Positions 44,234 to 54,866 of a stretch of DNA of 64,000 nucleotides are shown here, in pieces. A program made the translations under genes and the position numbers. Within the stretch, counting starts at the first letter, position 1. Each line of letters opens with the position of its first letter. Source of the stretch: Bdellovibrio sp. Its GTDB lineage: Bacteria > Bdellovibrionota > Bdellovibrionia > Bdellovibrionales > Bdellovibrionaceae. The stretch is from NCBI GenBank assembly GCA_036677065.1, contig JAKFBS010000002.1, forward strand, positions 672,001 to 736,000, written 5' to 3'. The notes beneath the pieces were generated by a model. That model saw only the letters and a program-made list of their open reading frames with translations. It made no database searches and was not told the origin of the DNA.

Positions 44234-46321
44234 TTAACCAACGCCGGCTAAAGCCTGCGGGCCGTGACTTTTTAAGAGCTCTTCACGCAAGAGTTTATTT
44301 TCTAAAAACTTTAATTTTGGATCCTTTTCCAAGACCTCAAAAGCCGCATCGCGGGCTTTTTTTAAAAGATCAAAATCACGCACCAGATTGGCCATTTTAA
44401 AGCCTGGAAGACCCGATTGTCTGGCCCCCATGAATTCTCCGGGGCCACGAATTTCAAGATCATATTCAGCGATCTTAAAACCATCGTTGGTTTTTTCCAT
44501 AAAGGTCACGCGGTCTCTGGTTTCTTCGCTGACCGCATAGCCCATGATCATTACACAAAATGATTTGTACTCGCCTCGTCCTACGCGACCACGCAACTGA
44601 TGCAACTGTGATAAACCAAAACGCTCGGCGTGTTCGATAATCATTAAATTCGCGTTCGCGACATCGACACCGACTTCGATCACGGTGGTTGAAACTAACA
44701 CATCAATTTCGTGTTTACGAAACTGGATCATGACCTCATCTTTTTCGACGGACTTCATTTTTCCATGCAATAAACCAAAGCGAATTTTTGGATACTGATG
44801 TTTTAACTTTTCAAATTCTTCAGTAGCATTTTTTAAATCTATCTTTTCGCTCTCTTCAACTAACGGATAAACCACATAACACTGACGGCCTTTGCCGATT
44901 TGTTCGGCCATAAAATCCATAGCGTTATTGCGTTTAGCTTCATTCACAACTCGCGTTTGAATAGGCGAACGACCTGCTGGCATTTCATCAATGATCGAGA
45001 CGTCCAGATCACCATAGACAGTCATCGCCAATGTTCTTGGAATTGGCGTCGCCGTCATAACTAAAAAGTGCGGCGATTGACCTTTAGATTTCAAGTGCCC
45101 CCGCTGAGCGACACCAAAGCGATGTTGTTCATCAATGATAACCAGAGCTAAACTTTTAAATTGCACCCAATCTTCAATTAGCGCATGTGTTCCGATTAAA
45201 AAATGAATTTCACCGGCAATTAATTTTTCTAATAATTCTTTGCGCTCTTTTGTTTTAGTTTTTCCGGTCAGTAACCCGGTTTTTAAACCTAACGGTTCAA
45301 GGCGCTTGACCGCATTTTGGTAATGTTGTTCAGCTAAGATTTCAGTGGGCGCCATCATACAAGTCTGAAAACCGCTCTCAAAAGCATAAAGTGCGGCCAT
45401 AAAGCTCACCATGGTTTTACCGGCTCCTACATCTCCTTGCACCAAACGGTTCATGGGTTTTCCTGAAGTCATATCTTTTTTAACTTCATCGAAAGCTTTT
45501 CTTTGTGCTCCCGTTAAAGTGAATGGCAATGATTCGATTAATTTTAAATTCAGAGTGTCTTTATTGACAACGGCTACACCTTGTTCGTTTTTAAGACCCA
45601 TTTTTTTACTAGCTAGGTATAATTCTAACCAAAAAAATTCTTCAAAAATAATTCGCTCATGCGCTTTTGAAGTTAGTGTTGTCATGGCTTCGGCATTTTC
45701 AATTTCTGGAAAATGAATTTCTTTTAACGCCTGCTTACGCGGTATTAATTTATTTTTCTGCATCAGGCTTGGCGGTAAAGTTTCTACCGGCCACTCTTTA
45801 ATATCCATGTAAGCTGCATGAATGAGCTTTTGCATTTTAGCAGAGCTAAAGCCTTCAATTTCGACATAAATCGGCAGCAATTGATCAGTCATTTCTTCTT
45901 CAGGCACCACGTCTTTTAAATCGGGATGGTGAAATTCTAATTTACCGCGGTAATTAGTAACTTTGCCGATCACGCGAATTTCGGTGCCGGTTTTAAAACG
46001 TTCAAAATAACCTTTGTACGGCGTGCGAAAAAATTTGCAGCGAATTTGTCCTGAGCCATCACGCACTAACACATCATAAATTTTTCGCGACGATCTTCCC
46101 ATCGCGTAAGAGCTCACTGACATCACTGTCGCTTTTAATGACACTAATTCATCGCCTTTTAGGGAGGCTATATTCCTGGCAGCGCGCCTGTCTTCAAAGG
46201 CTCGGGGGTAATTTTCAAGTAAATCTTGTATATTTTTTATCCCATTTCGAGACATAAGTGCGCCAAGCTTGGGCCCGACCCCTTTTAAAAATTGAATATC
46301 TGTCTCTAAACTTATAGGCAT
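44234..46321 (-). CDS. recG: ATP-dependent DNA helicase RecG
   Basis: LKGVGPK, QGDVGAGKT, DEQHRFG, TATPIPRT, QLRGRVGRG, TRG motif. Confidence 0.99.
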   Translation of the reverse strand: MPISLETDIQFLKGVGPKLGALMSRNGIKNIQDLLENYPRAFEDRRAARNIASLKGDELVSLKATVMSVSSYAMGRSSRKIYDVLVRDGSGQIRCKFFRTPYKGYFERFKTGTEIRVIGKVTNYRGKLEFHHPDLKDVVPEEEMTDQLLPIYVEIEGFSSAKMQKLIHAAYMDIKEWPVETLPPSLMQKNKLIPRKQALKEIHFPEIENAEAMTTLTSKAHERIIFEEFFWLELYLASKKMGLKNEQGVAVVNKDTLNLKLIESLPFTLTGAQRKAFDEVKKDMTSGKPMNRLVQGDVGAGKTMVSFMAALYAFESGFQTCMMAPTEILAEQHYQNAVKRLEPLGLKTGLLTGKTKTKERKELLEKLIAGEIHFLIGTHALIEDWVQFKSLALVIIDEQHRFGVAQRGHLKSKGQSPHFLVMTATPIPRTLAMTVYGDLDVSIIDEMPAGRSPIQTRVVNEAKRNNAMDFMAEQIGKGRQCYVVYPLVEESEKIDLKNATEEFEKLKHQYPKIRFGLLHGKMKSVEKDEVMIQFRKHEIDVLVSTTVIEVGVDVANANLMIIEHAERFGLSQLHQLRGRVGRGEYKSFCVMIMGYAVSEETRDRVTFMEKTNDGFKIAEYDLEIRGPGEFMGARQSGLPGFKMANLVRDFDLLKKARDAAFEVLEKDPKLKFLENKLLREELLKSHGPQALAGVG

Positions 46322-46352
46322 GCATATATCCTATTTAGGAATGAAGTTTTGT

Positions 46353-46380
46353 CAAAGTTTACCTGAATTTTTGCCGATAG
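46353..46380 (+). promoter_or_regulatory. sigma28-type promoter of the HD-GYP gene
   Basis: CAAAGTTT-12 nt-GCCGATAG, 7 nt before ATG 46388. Confidence 0.6.
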
Positions 46381-46387
46381 GTCATCT

Positions 46388-47332
46388 ATGAGCACCAAAG
46401 AACATTTCAGAATTCGATTAAGCACGATCCGTCCATCGGAGGACATCCCTTTTGCTATTTTCGTTTACATCGACGGCAAAATGGTTGAATACGTTCGCTT
46501 AGGCGACAAATTAGCTGCTGCTAAAATTGCAAGCTTACACGGCAAAGACACTGGTGAATCATTTTTCGTAGAAAATATAAATAAACCTCTTTACCGTGAA
46601 TACGTTAAAGATTCGATGAACTCTTCACTCATCAGCAACGATCAAAAAGCCAACATCCTTCGCGAAAGTTCGATTGCGATCTTAGAAGATCTTTTCGAAA
46701 CTCCGGATGTAGGCCAAGCCATCGAAGAAACTAAACCGATCATCAAAGATCTTTTAGAGTTTATGCAAAATGCGCCCGAATCTGTGGGCGGTTTAATTAG
46801 TTTGTCGGGTCATGATTTTTACACTTACAACCATTCATTTGATGTCAGCATCTACTCGTTAGGATTAGGTGGCGCATTAGGTTTTGATAAAAAGACGATG
46901 GAAGATTTAGGCTTAGGCAGCTTATTTCACGATGTCGGCAAACGCATGGTATCACTTGATGTTCTATGCAAACGCGGCCCCCTTGATGACGCTGAATGGG
47001 TGCAAATGAAAATGCATCCGCAATTTGGCCTTAAAATTTTAAATGAATCTGCAAATATTTCTGACGGTATTAAAGCCGCTTGTTATGAACACCATGAATC
47101 GTGGAAAGGTGGCGGTTACCCGCAAGACCTGCACGGACAAGAGATTCACCCGTTTGCTCGCATCATAGCCCTAACTGACACTTACGACGCGATGACCACA
47201 CAACGCTCATACAACGTGCCTATGCGCCCTGTAGAGGCTTTAAACATGATGAAAGAAAAGGTCTCGCAAAAGTTCGACCCCGACATGTTAAAAGCGATGT
47301 ACTCGGTACTTTTCAAGATGGACGCGGCGTAG
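46388..47332 (+). CDS. HD-GYP domain phosphodiesterase (motifs intact)
   Basis: YTYNHS, HDVGK, HPQFG, HHESWKGGGYP, DTYDAMT..RSY. Confidence 0.92.
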   Translation: MSTKEHFRIRLSTIRPSEDIPFAIFVYIDGKMVEYVRLGDKLAAAKIASLHGKDTGESFFVENINKPLYREYVKDSMNSSLISNDQKANILRESSIAILEDLFETPDVGQAIEETKPIIKDLLEFMQNAPESVGGLISLSGHDFYTYNHSFDVSIYSLGLGGALGFDKKTMEDLGLGSLFHDVGKRMVSLDVLCKRGPLDDAEWVQMKMHPQFGLKILNESANISDGIKAACYEHHESWKGGGYPQDLHGQEIHPFARIIALTDTYDAMTTQRSYNVPMRPVEALNMMKEKVSQKFDPDMLKAMYSVLFKMDAA

Positions 47333-47416
47333 ACAAGATTATTGCCCCGCTTTTACCCAAACAATTGACAGATTAGCCAAGCCTTCCTAGCGTGAGGACT
47401 CATAAGGAGTTCTTGT

Positions 47417-47887
47417 ATGAAAACTATTTTGGCTTACGCTTTTGCTTCTCTTTTATCATTATCTGCTTTTGCATCTAATGATCACCGCCCTACACCACCG
47501 CCGAACAAACCAATGCCTTTAATCGTGGGTCAATGGCGATCAGACAACCCAATTTATTCTGGTCATGTTTGGATTCACACTAATTTCAACTTCACTCAAT
47601 ACGACATGACTTTACATGCGACATGCGAATTCAGAGCGCCGAATGTTCACTTAACTGTCGGAGTTAATTCTCGCACAGCTTACAACGGAAACTTAATTTA
47701 CGTTTATGACCGTGCTGAAGCTGGCGTAAACGATGGTTACCGCTACTGTAATGCGGCTTTGTCGCCGTCAACTTGGGAGTTCTACTTCACAGCAGGTGAT
47801 ATAAATCACGCCGTCATTTTCGCACCGGTTCCCTACCAAATGCGTTTCAATGTTTCTCGCGTTTTAGAACCATTACCGTTGAATTAA
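47417..47887 (+). CDS. Secreted hypothetical beta-rich protein
   Basis: RBS AAGGAG; signal peptide (SAFA|S); IVGQW lipocalin-like start. Confidence 0.7.
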   Translation: MKTILAYAFASLLSLSAFASNDHRPTPPPNKPMPLIVGQWRSDNPIYSGHVWIHTNFNFTQYDMTLHATCEFRAPNVHLTVGVNSRTAYNGNLIYVYDRAEAGVNDGYRYCNAALSPSTWEFYFTAGDINHAVIFAPVPYQMRFNVSRVLEPLPLN

Positions 47888-48436
47888 TTAAAGACAAATC
47901 TTGTCGTTCCACTTAAGAAAGCACTTCGGAGCTTTCTTAAGGACAAGATCTTTTTGAAAATCAGGGCTTGTTAATAAAGCCCACGGCGTTTGCGCTTCAG
48001 CTTTGGCAAAACGATTATTCTGACCTTTGATCGATTTTTTCAGATCATTTAAACTTTTAAGCTCGATATTTTTAATTTCTAAATAACTTAAAAGCCATTT
48101 CCATTTTTTATTTTCAACAGAATCAGCTTTATCATTTAATAACACGATCGTCTTATCAGGATGAATTCCTTTAGAGGCCAAACGCTCAACCGTTTGCGCA
48201 AGATCAGGATCTAACATTCTGGTTTTCTTTTTTGGATTTGTTAAAACTAAGAAATCTTCTGACCACAGGTTTTGCGAACCTTCAATATGAAACGATTCAT
48301 ATTGAAAAGGATTGCGCGTATCAATCAACACGGCTTTTTTAACAAACACATTTGTTGTTTCATCTATGACTTTTGTGGGCTTTTGCTGACAAGCCCACAC
48401 CACTGATACTGATAAAACCAATAAAAGTTGCTTCAT
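47888..48436 (-). CDS. Rhodanese-like lipoprotein
   Basis: Lipobox VWAC; LIDTRNPFQYESFHIEGS. Confidence 0.7.
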   Translation of the reverse strand: MKQLLLVLSVSVVWACQQKPTKVIDETTNVFVKKAVLIDTRNPFQYESFHIEGSQNLWSEDFLVLTNPKKKTRMLDPDLAQTVERLASKGIHPDKTIVLLNDKADSVENKKWKWLLSYLEIKNIELKSLNDLKKSIKGQNNRFAKAEAQTPWALLTSPDFQKDLVLKKAPKCFLKWNDKICL

Positions 48437-48439
48437 CGA

Positions 48440-49936
48440 TTACTTATTAACAATCTTCATAGTTGGAAAGAACAAGATATCACGAATCGATGCACAGTTT
48501 GTCATAAGCATCACCACACGCTCAATACCGATACCCACCCCACCTGTTGGCGGCATACCCGTTTCAATCGCGTGCAAGAAGTCTTCATCCATAGGATGTG
48601 CTTCATCGTCATGACCACGCATAGCCTCTTGCTCTTTAAGACGCGAACGCTGTTCTTCTGGATCGTTTAATTCAGAGTAAGCATTTCCGATTTCCATACA
48701 AGCTGCAAACGGCTCAAAACGTTCAACAAGTCTGTTATTATCACGGTGAATTTTAGTTAACGGAGAAATTTCTACCGGGTGATCCATCACGAATGTCGGT
48801 TGCCATAAGTGCGGCTCAGCAGCAACTTCAAATACTTTCATTTGAAGTTCACCTAAAGATAATTTATCCATCTGCATTTTTTTAAGTTTTTGCGGCTCTT
48901 CGTTATTTTTTAAGTAATCAACTAAAGCTTCGCGATTTTGCGGATCGATCTTGGCATGTTTTTCAATACCACCAAGAACAGTGATCTTAGCCCATGGCGG
49001 AGTAAAATCGACTTCTTTATCTTGGTAAATCACTTTCATTGATCCTGTCACTTCTTTACAAACACTTGAAACCAATTCTTCGAATTGTGTCATTTGGTAA
49101 TTGTAATCAGTGTAAGCTTCATAGAACTCAAGCATCGTAAACTCAGGATTATGAGTGCGATCGATTCCTTCATTACGAAAGTTTTTACCCACTTCATAAA
49201 CTTTTTCAAAGCCACCTACGATAAGACGTTTTAAATAAAGCTCAGGAGAAATTTTCATAAAAAGCTTCATATCTAAAGCTTTGTGATGAGTTGTAAAGGG
49301 AGTCGCTGCAGCACCGCCGTATAACGGCTGAAGTGTTGGTGTTTCAACCTCCATAAAACCACGGTCATCTAAGAATTTTTTAATCGCTTTAATGATTTTA
49401 GAACGGGTCACAAAAACTTTTCTAGAATCCTGGTCTGAAATTAAATCTAAGTGTCTATGACGGTATTTGATTTCTACGTCTTGAATGCCGTGAAATTTTT
49501 CAGGAAGCGGTTCTAATGTCTTAGTTAAAATTTGGAATTTTTTTACGTATAAAGATAACTCACCTTTTTGGGATTTGAAGATATAACCTTCAAGACCCAC
49601 GATATCGCCTAGATCAATCAAATCAAAGCTAATGCGATCAGCTTCTGATTGCTCTTCGACTTTGATGTAGCACTGCAATGCTCCTGTTTGATCTTGGATA
49701 TTAAAAAAGCTGGCTTTTCCCATCGCACGTAAAGTCATTAAACGACCGGCAATACGAAAAACTGTTTCTGTCTTTTTCTCTCCGGCAACCAGATTAGAAT
49801 AATCCTTCACCAATTGTTCAATGTGAATATTCTTATCAAAAGAATAAGGAAACGGGTTAATACCTTTTTCCTTAAGCGCATGAAGTTTTTTTCTTTTCTC
49901 GGCCTTGACTGGATTATCGTGAACAGAATCAGACAT
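48440..49936 (-). CDS. lysS: Lysine--tRNA ligase (class II)
   Basis: OB fold, YRHRHLDLI, FRNEGID..HNPEFTMLE, GMPPTGGVGIGIER. Confidence 0.99.
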   Translation of the reverse strand: MSDSVHDNPVKAEKRKKLHALKEKGINPFPYSFDKNIHIEQLVKDYSNLVAGEKKTETVFRIAGRLMTLRAMGKASFFNIQDQTGALQCYIKVEEQSEADRISFDLIDLGDIVGLEGYIFKSQKGELSLYVKKFQILTKTLEPLPEKFHGIQDVEIKYRHRHLDLISDQDSRKVFVTRSKIIKAIKKFLDDRGFMEVETPTLQPLYGGAAATPFTTHHKALDMKLFMKISPELYLKRLIVGGFEKVYEVGKNFRNEGIDRTHNPEFTMLEFYEAYTDYNYQMTQFEELVSSVCKEVTGSMKVIYQDKEVDFTPPWAKITVLGGIEKHAKIDPQNREALVDYLKNNEEPQKLKKMQMDKLSLGELQMKVFEVAAEPHLWQPTFVMDHPVEISPLTKIHRDNNRLVERFEPFAACMEIGNAYSELNDPEEQRSRLKEQEAMRGHDDEAHPMDEDFLHAIETGMPPTGGVGIGIERVVMLMTNCASIRDILFFPTMKIVNK

Positions 49937-49971
49937 AATTTAGTTATCCTTAACTATTTTGTTTTAAAAAT

Positions 49972-50898
49972 TTATTTTAACGGCTTGCCGGCAAAAGCTT
50001 CCATCACGTTATGTAATAACTCGATAGATTCTTTTTTCGGACGTTGGAAAGCATTACGGCCCATGATCGAACCAAACGCCCCACCTTGTGCTAATTCTTT
50101 AACTTCCGCTAATAACTCAGGAGTTCCTTTAGCTTCACCGCCAGAGAAAATCACAACACGTTTACCGTTGTAGCAAGAATGAACTACGTGACGGATACGG
50201 TCTGCCATCGACCCAACTTTAACACCCTGAGCTTCGTAAACTTTTTTAGCTTCAGCTTGCTCAATGTGAGCTGTTGGTGGTTTTACTTTAATGATATTGG
50301 CACCAAGTTGTGCGGCAATGTGAGCCGAGTAAGCGATAACGTCAATTCCTGTTTCGCCTTCTTTTGAAATTTGTTCACCGCGAGCGTATGACCAAATCAC
50401 TACAGCTAATCCGGCTTTCTTCGCCTGCGCAGAAGCTTCAGCGATTTCTTCGTACATTTGTTTTCTTTGAGCAGATCCTGGGTAGATGGTGAAACCAATC
50501 CCCGCGCAACCTAGGCGTAAAGCATCATCAACTGAAGATGTTAAAGCAGAGATAGGATTTTTTGATCCGTAAAGAACATCAGAATTATTAATTTTTAAGA
50601 TTAACGGAATTTCGCCAGCGTAATCACGTGCACAGACAGATAAAGCACCTAATGGAGCAGCGTAAGCATTACAACCAGATTCAATCGCTAAATCAAAGTG
50701 GTAACTTGGATCATAAGCATCTGGATTTTTTGCAAACGTGCGTGCAGGGCCATGTTCGAAGCCTTGGTCAACCGGAAGGATTACTAATTTACCTGTTCCT
50801 GCAAGTTTACCATGATTCATCATACGAGCCATGTTTGTTAATACACCGATGTTTTCGTCGCCATACCAGCTTAAAATCTCACGTACACGTGGGGTCAT
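49972..50898 (-). CDS. fbaB: Class I fructose-bisphosphate aldolase (DhnA type)
   Basis: ILPVDQGFEHGP, GFTIYPGS, WSYARG, IIKVK Schiff-base Lys, GRNAFQR. Confidence 0.93.
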   Translation of the reverse strand: MTPRVREILSWYGDENIGVLTNMARMMNHGKLAGTGKLVILPVDQGFEHGPARTFAKNPDAYDPSYHFDLAIESGCNAYAAPLGALSVCARDYAGEIPLILKINNSDVLYGSKNPISALTSSVDDALRLGCAGIGFTIYPGSAQRKQMYEEIAEASAQAKKAGLAVVIWSYARGEQISKEGETGIDVIAYSAHIAAQLGANIIKVKPPTAHIEQAEAKKVYEAQGVKVGSMADRIRHVVHSCYNGKRVVIFSGGEAKGTPELLAEVKELAQGGAFGSIMGRNAFQRPKKESIELLHNVMEAFAGKPLK

Positions 50899-51017
50899 TG
50901 TCTCTCCTAGAAAATTGTTTGTTTAGACGCATAAACCCTATCGAAAAAACCTATGGCAGGCAAAGAATTACGAGGAAAACTTTGTACTTTGATAACACAC
51001 CTGATAAACATATAAGC

Positions 51018-51560
51018 ATGACAGTTACATACGAAAACACGCCAAATCCTTCGACTCTTAAGTTTAACTTTGCAGCTAAAATTGCGGATAGCACTTCTGA
51101 CTACCCAAACGTAGAATCTACCGACACTTCGCCGTTAGCTGCTAAAATATTCGGCTTTCCATGGGTTTCTAGCGTATTTATTGGCCAAGACTTCATGACA
51201 ATCACTAAGCAAGACTGGGTAGATTGGTCAGTTATCGCTCAGCCGCTTACAGGGCTATTATCCGAGCACATCACAAGCGGTCAGCCTGTCTTTGTGCAAA
51301 AGACTGTTGATCCTGATGTAAACGAGAACGATTCAGCAATCGTTAAAAAAATTAAACAAGTTTTAAAAGATGAAATCCGCCCTGTTGTAGCAATGGATGG
51401 CGGCGACGTTGTGTTCAGTAAATACGAAGATAATATTTTGTATATTCAAATGAAAGGCGCTTGTAACGGCTGCCCTTCATCACAAGCGACACTTAAAGAT
51501 GGAATTCAAGTTCGCCTAATCGAAGCGATTCCTGAAATTAAATCTGTAGAAGCGATCTAG
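51018..51560 (+). CDS. NifU/Nfu-family Fe-S scaffold protein
   Basis: ENTPNPSTLKF Nfu_N; IRPVVAMDGGD..GACNGCPSS. Confidence 0.93.
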   Translation: MTVTYENTPNPSTLKFNFAAKIADSTSDYPNVESTDTSPLAAKIFGFPWVSSVFIGQDFMTITKQDWVDWSVIAQPLTGLLSEHITSGQPVFVQKTVDPDVNENDSAIVKKIKQVLKDEIRPVVAMDGGDVVFSKYEDNILYIQMKGACNGCPSSQATLKDGIQVRLIEAIPEIKSVEAI

Positions 51561-52636
51561 AACTTATATTCAATAGTAAAAAATGGGCAATAGTTTTTCG
51601 CAAAGCTATCGCCTGATTTTGAACCGCATTTTGAAACGTTAAATCCTGCACGTCCATGTTTTAACACATTCGAACCAAAAATTTTATTAATATAAGGACG
51701 TAGCGTCTCGGCAGAGTTTAATAGAAGTTTTGCGCCAAAACCTAATTTTCTTGAGCCTAAAACTTCACCATCATTAGCTTCAACTTTTTGATAAAGCTGC
51801 AAGAATAATTCACCGATTAATGAACCAATCACGGGCGTTGCCCACAAATCATTCCAAGATGGGGTTTCGAATAATGATTCTACGCCGTATTCCCAAAAAA
51901 ATGTCGACATTAAAAAACTATAACCAAACGACTGCATCTTCGAGTACCCAGAAATGCGGGCGGCTTGATAATAGATAGAACCAGAAATTGGGTGTAATAC
52001 GAAATTAACGAAAGGCCCGTCTTTATCTCTTACCGGGCCGTTCTTCCAATGTTCAGTCACTTGGTGAATAGCTCCATTTTCTTTTAAACCTTTAACGTCC
52101 CAACCAGAACTATCTGCATCTTGCGAAGCAAATGCGGCAACCACACCACCACTTAATAAGGCGATATTGCGCGTACGCTCATAAAGAGCTTTACGGCGCT
52201 CACTCGGACCACTATCAGCGTTATCAAATAAATTTGGATTATTTTGAAAAACTCTTTGTTCAGGAGTTAAAGAGTCTTTTGTGACTTCTGTACCTAATGT
52301 TACCGATACAAATGGATTGTTTGGATCTTGGTTACATAAACTTGGGTTAGCGGGCCAACCTTTAGCCACTAAATGTGTATACATTTTCTGACAACCGGCT
52401 TGATCGCGGGTATCGACAACGATCACCTGCTGTGCAAGCTTTTTACTTGTTACTTCTTCGACGATTTCGCGAAATTGTTCTTTCGACACCCATTTATCTA
52501 AAGGCGAAGACTCCATAATGATTTTTCTGACTTCAGGAGATATCTCTTTATTATCCACCAGCTCGTGGGGATTTGCGTAAGCGGCAAAAGAAATTGATAA
52601 GATGGCAGCGAATGTTTTGAAGATGTTTTTTTTCAT
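51557..52636 (-). CDS. DUF3943-like secreted/outer-membrane protein
   Basis: Signal peptide from ATG 52636; DKDGPFVNFVLHPISGSIYYQAAR..FFWEYGVE..PSWNDL..TPVIGSLIGE; ends YKF. Confidence 0.75.
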   Translation of the reverse strand: MKKNIFKTFAAILSISFAAYANPHELVDNKEISPEVRKIIMESSPLDKWVSKEQFREIVEEVTSKKLAQQVIVVDTRDQAGCQKMYTHLVAKGWPANPSLCNQDPNNPFVSVTLGTEVTKDSLTPEQRVFQNNPNLFDNADSGPSERRKALYERTRNIALLSGGVVAAFASQDADSSGWDVKGLKENGAIHQVTEHWKNGPVRDKDGPFVNFVLHPISGSIYYQAARISGYSKMQSFGYSFLMSTFFWEYGVESLFETPSWNDLWATPVIGSLIGELFLQLYQKVEANDGEVLGSRKLGFGAKLLLNSAETLRPYINKIFGSNVLKHGRAGFNVSKCGSKSGDSFAKNYCPFFTIEYKF

Positions 52637-52813
52637 ACAATATATTAGGTATGCGAATTTGCGACCAAGTTTAAAATAACCTACTGATTCTAATCCGATT
52701 TTTACTCGTTGCTGTTTACCCTTAAACGGCCATTGTAAAAACTTTTGACAGGAAAAATTTACCAACTTGAACCTGCTAGATTTGATCAGGCGCAATTCTT
52801 GTAAAACACTGCC

Positions 52814-53332
52814 ATGAGGTATTGTTTGAAGTTAAATCAGATCGCTAACTATTTTGTCGTACTTATGCTGTCAGTGGCAGCTGCGGGCCTTTATTTTGCG
52901 CCCAAACAAAATGTTAAGCCAGTCGATCAAGTTAGCCTTCCTTCTTTAATTAGTCTCAATTTGAATCAACAGGTTTTTTTAACAAAAACCTTCGAGAAAC
53001 CTGAATTTAACGGCATCGCTGAAAATTTAATTCGCGAACAACAAATTGATTTTAAAGCCCGCTTATCACCAGTGTACTCTGGTCTGAATTCATCTTATTT
53101 AATGACCTTTTTTGAAACCTCAAAATCGACAGCCCAGTCACGTGACATTCAATTTGTAATTTTTAAAAAATTCCAAGAGCACTACCGTATCGTAGCCACT
53201 TTAAAAGTAACTAGTCTTGAAGCGACAAGCATTAAGCTTTCTTACGGTTCGATCGATTTCTTAGATCAAGAATCTTTTAACTTAAATACTTTAAAATTAG
53301 CACAAACTTTAGAATTAGAAGAAAACTTCTAG
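52814..53332 (+). CDS. Hypothetical membrane-anchored protein
   Basis: N-terminal TM; 11 nt upstream of the first PLD gene. Confidence 0.6.
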   Translation: MRYCLKLNQIANYFVVLMLSVAAAGLYFAPKQNVKPVDQVSLPSLISLNLNQQVFLTKTFEKPEFNGIAENLIREQQIDFKARLSPVYSGLNSSYLMTFFETSKSTAQSRDIQFVIFKKFQEHYRIVATLKVTSLEATSIKLSYGSIDFLDQESFNLNTLKLAQTLELEENF

Positions 53333-53343
53333 GAGCACTGACG

Positions 53344-54843
53344 ATGAAAAACTTAATCCTTGGCCTAATCGTAATGTTAGCAGTTCAATCGGTGCTTGCT
53401 GACAAAATTGTTTTATTAGAAGGCACTAAAGAATCTATCGAAGCCCGTAAAGATTTAATTTCTTCTGCACAAACTGAAATTCGCGCCCAATATTACACAA
53501 TTGAAAATGACGAAGTCGCCAACGGTGGTTTAGCTATCTTGCGTGATTTAGCGATTCAAAAACCGAATGTGCGCGTAAGAATTATTGTCGATTCATTAAA
53601 TAATCTAATGTTACGCGAAACAATGGCTGCTTTCATGTCTGATAATAACGGCGAATCTTTATCAAACGTCGAAATCAGAGAATACAATAAATTTAAAATA
53701 TACGCTCCTTGGCGCTACACGAAACGTATGCATGATAAAGGTTTAATCATCGATAATGATGTGTTGATTTCTGGCGGACGCAATATCGCCAATGGTTACT
53801 TTGGTTTAAAAGATAAAGAAAACCCAACTCATTCGGTTCTTGAAGACACTGACATTCTAGTTTTAGAAAGTGCGGCAATCACTGAAGCAGCGACTTACTT
53901 TGATAACTTATGGAATTCTAAATTCGTAAAAGCCGTTACCTTAGGTAAAATGTCGATCAGTAAACTTAAACCGGGGTCTTGCGAAGCCCAGCGCACGACT
54001 GATGATACTGAGCAAAATGTTAAATCGTGCGAATACTTTCGTAAGCGCAATGAATTATTAGTCGGAAAACAAAGAGCCGAATTAATCAATTTAGCTATTA
54101 AGCACAGATCAAACTTAAATAAGTCTGAAGCCTTAAATAAATGGAACACCAACAAGAGCGCCATTAAAGTTGGAACTATCGACTATATCTTCGATAATCC
54201 CGTTGGCCAAAGCAGTTCTCTTAAAAAACCGAAAGAAACAGAAAACAATATCGCTAAACAGCTATACCAAGCTATCCGTACAGCGCAAAAGTCTGTTGTA
54301 ATTATCACTCCTTATTTAGTAGTAACTCCAGAACAAGAAGAACTTTTTAAAGAATTACGTGCCCGCAAAGTTAAAGTACGTATTTTTACAAATGGTAAGA
54401 ACTCAAATGACGTTCCAGCAGCCCACGTTGGTTATTTAAACACGCGTGAATTAGCACTGAAGTATGGTGTGCAAATCTGGGAATACAACGGACCAGACAC
54501 TTTACATGCTAAAATGGTTTTAATTGACCGTAACAAAATGTTTATCGGTTCGTTTAACTGGGATTTCAGATCACAAAATTTAAACCGCGAAGTGGGCATC
54601 ATTGCACAACTTGATGATAGCGTTACCGTAAAACCTGAAGAGACTGATATTTTTGCTAAAGTTGGCCGTATCTATGAGCGCTCTACCCGCTTAGGCAATA
54701 CAAAACGCCTTAACCACGATATCGGTGATGATGGTGAATTTGATGACGACGACATTACTAATTTAGCTAAAGAAATCAGAAGCGGTAATAAAAATATCCT
54801 TTTCTGGCAAATCATCTACCCGTTAATCAAAAAACAACTTTAA
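53344..54843 (+). CDS. Secreted phospholipase D family protein (ClsC/YmdC-like), paralog 1
   Basis: Signal peptide; RMHDKGLIID..GGRNI and LHAKMVLID..GSFNWDFRS. Confidence 0.9.
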   Translation: MKNLILGLIVMLAVQSVLADKIVLLEGTKESIEARKDLISSAQTEIRAQYYTIENDEVANGGLAILRDLAIQKPNVRVRIIVDSLNNLMLRETMAAFMSDNNGESLSNVEIREYNKFKIYAPWRYTKRMHDKGLIIDNDVLISGGRNIANGYFGLKDKENPTHSVLEDTDILVLESAAITEAATYFDNLWNSKFVKAVTLGKMSISKLKPGSCEAQRTTDDTEQNVKSCEYFRKRNELLVGKQRAELINLAIKHRSNLNKSEALNKWNTNKSAIKVGTIDYIFDNPVGQSSSLKKPKETENNIAKQLYQAIRTAQKSVVIITPYLVVTPEQEELFKELRARKVKVRIFTNGKNSNDVPAAHVGYLNTRELALKYGVQIWEYNGPDTLHAKMVLIDRNKMFIGSFNWDFRSQNLNREVGIIAQLDDSVTVKPEETDIFAKVGRIYERSTRLGNTKRLNHDIGDDGEFDDDDITNLAKEIRSGNKNILFWQIIYPLIKKQL

Positions 54844-54866
54844 TCAGATAAGCAGCGGAGTCATTG

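Noticed and set aside
50628..51017. N-terminal extension of the Nfu ORF
   Set aside because: Overlaps fbaB antisense; the Nfu domain starts at ATG 51018.
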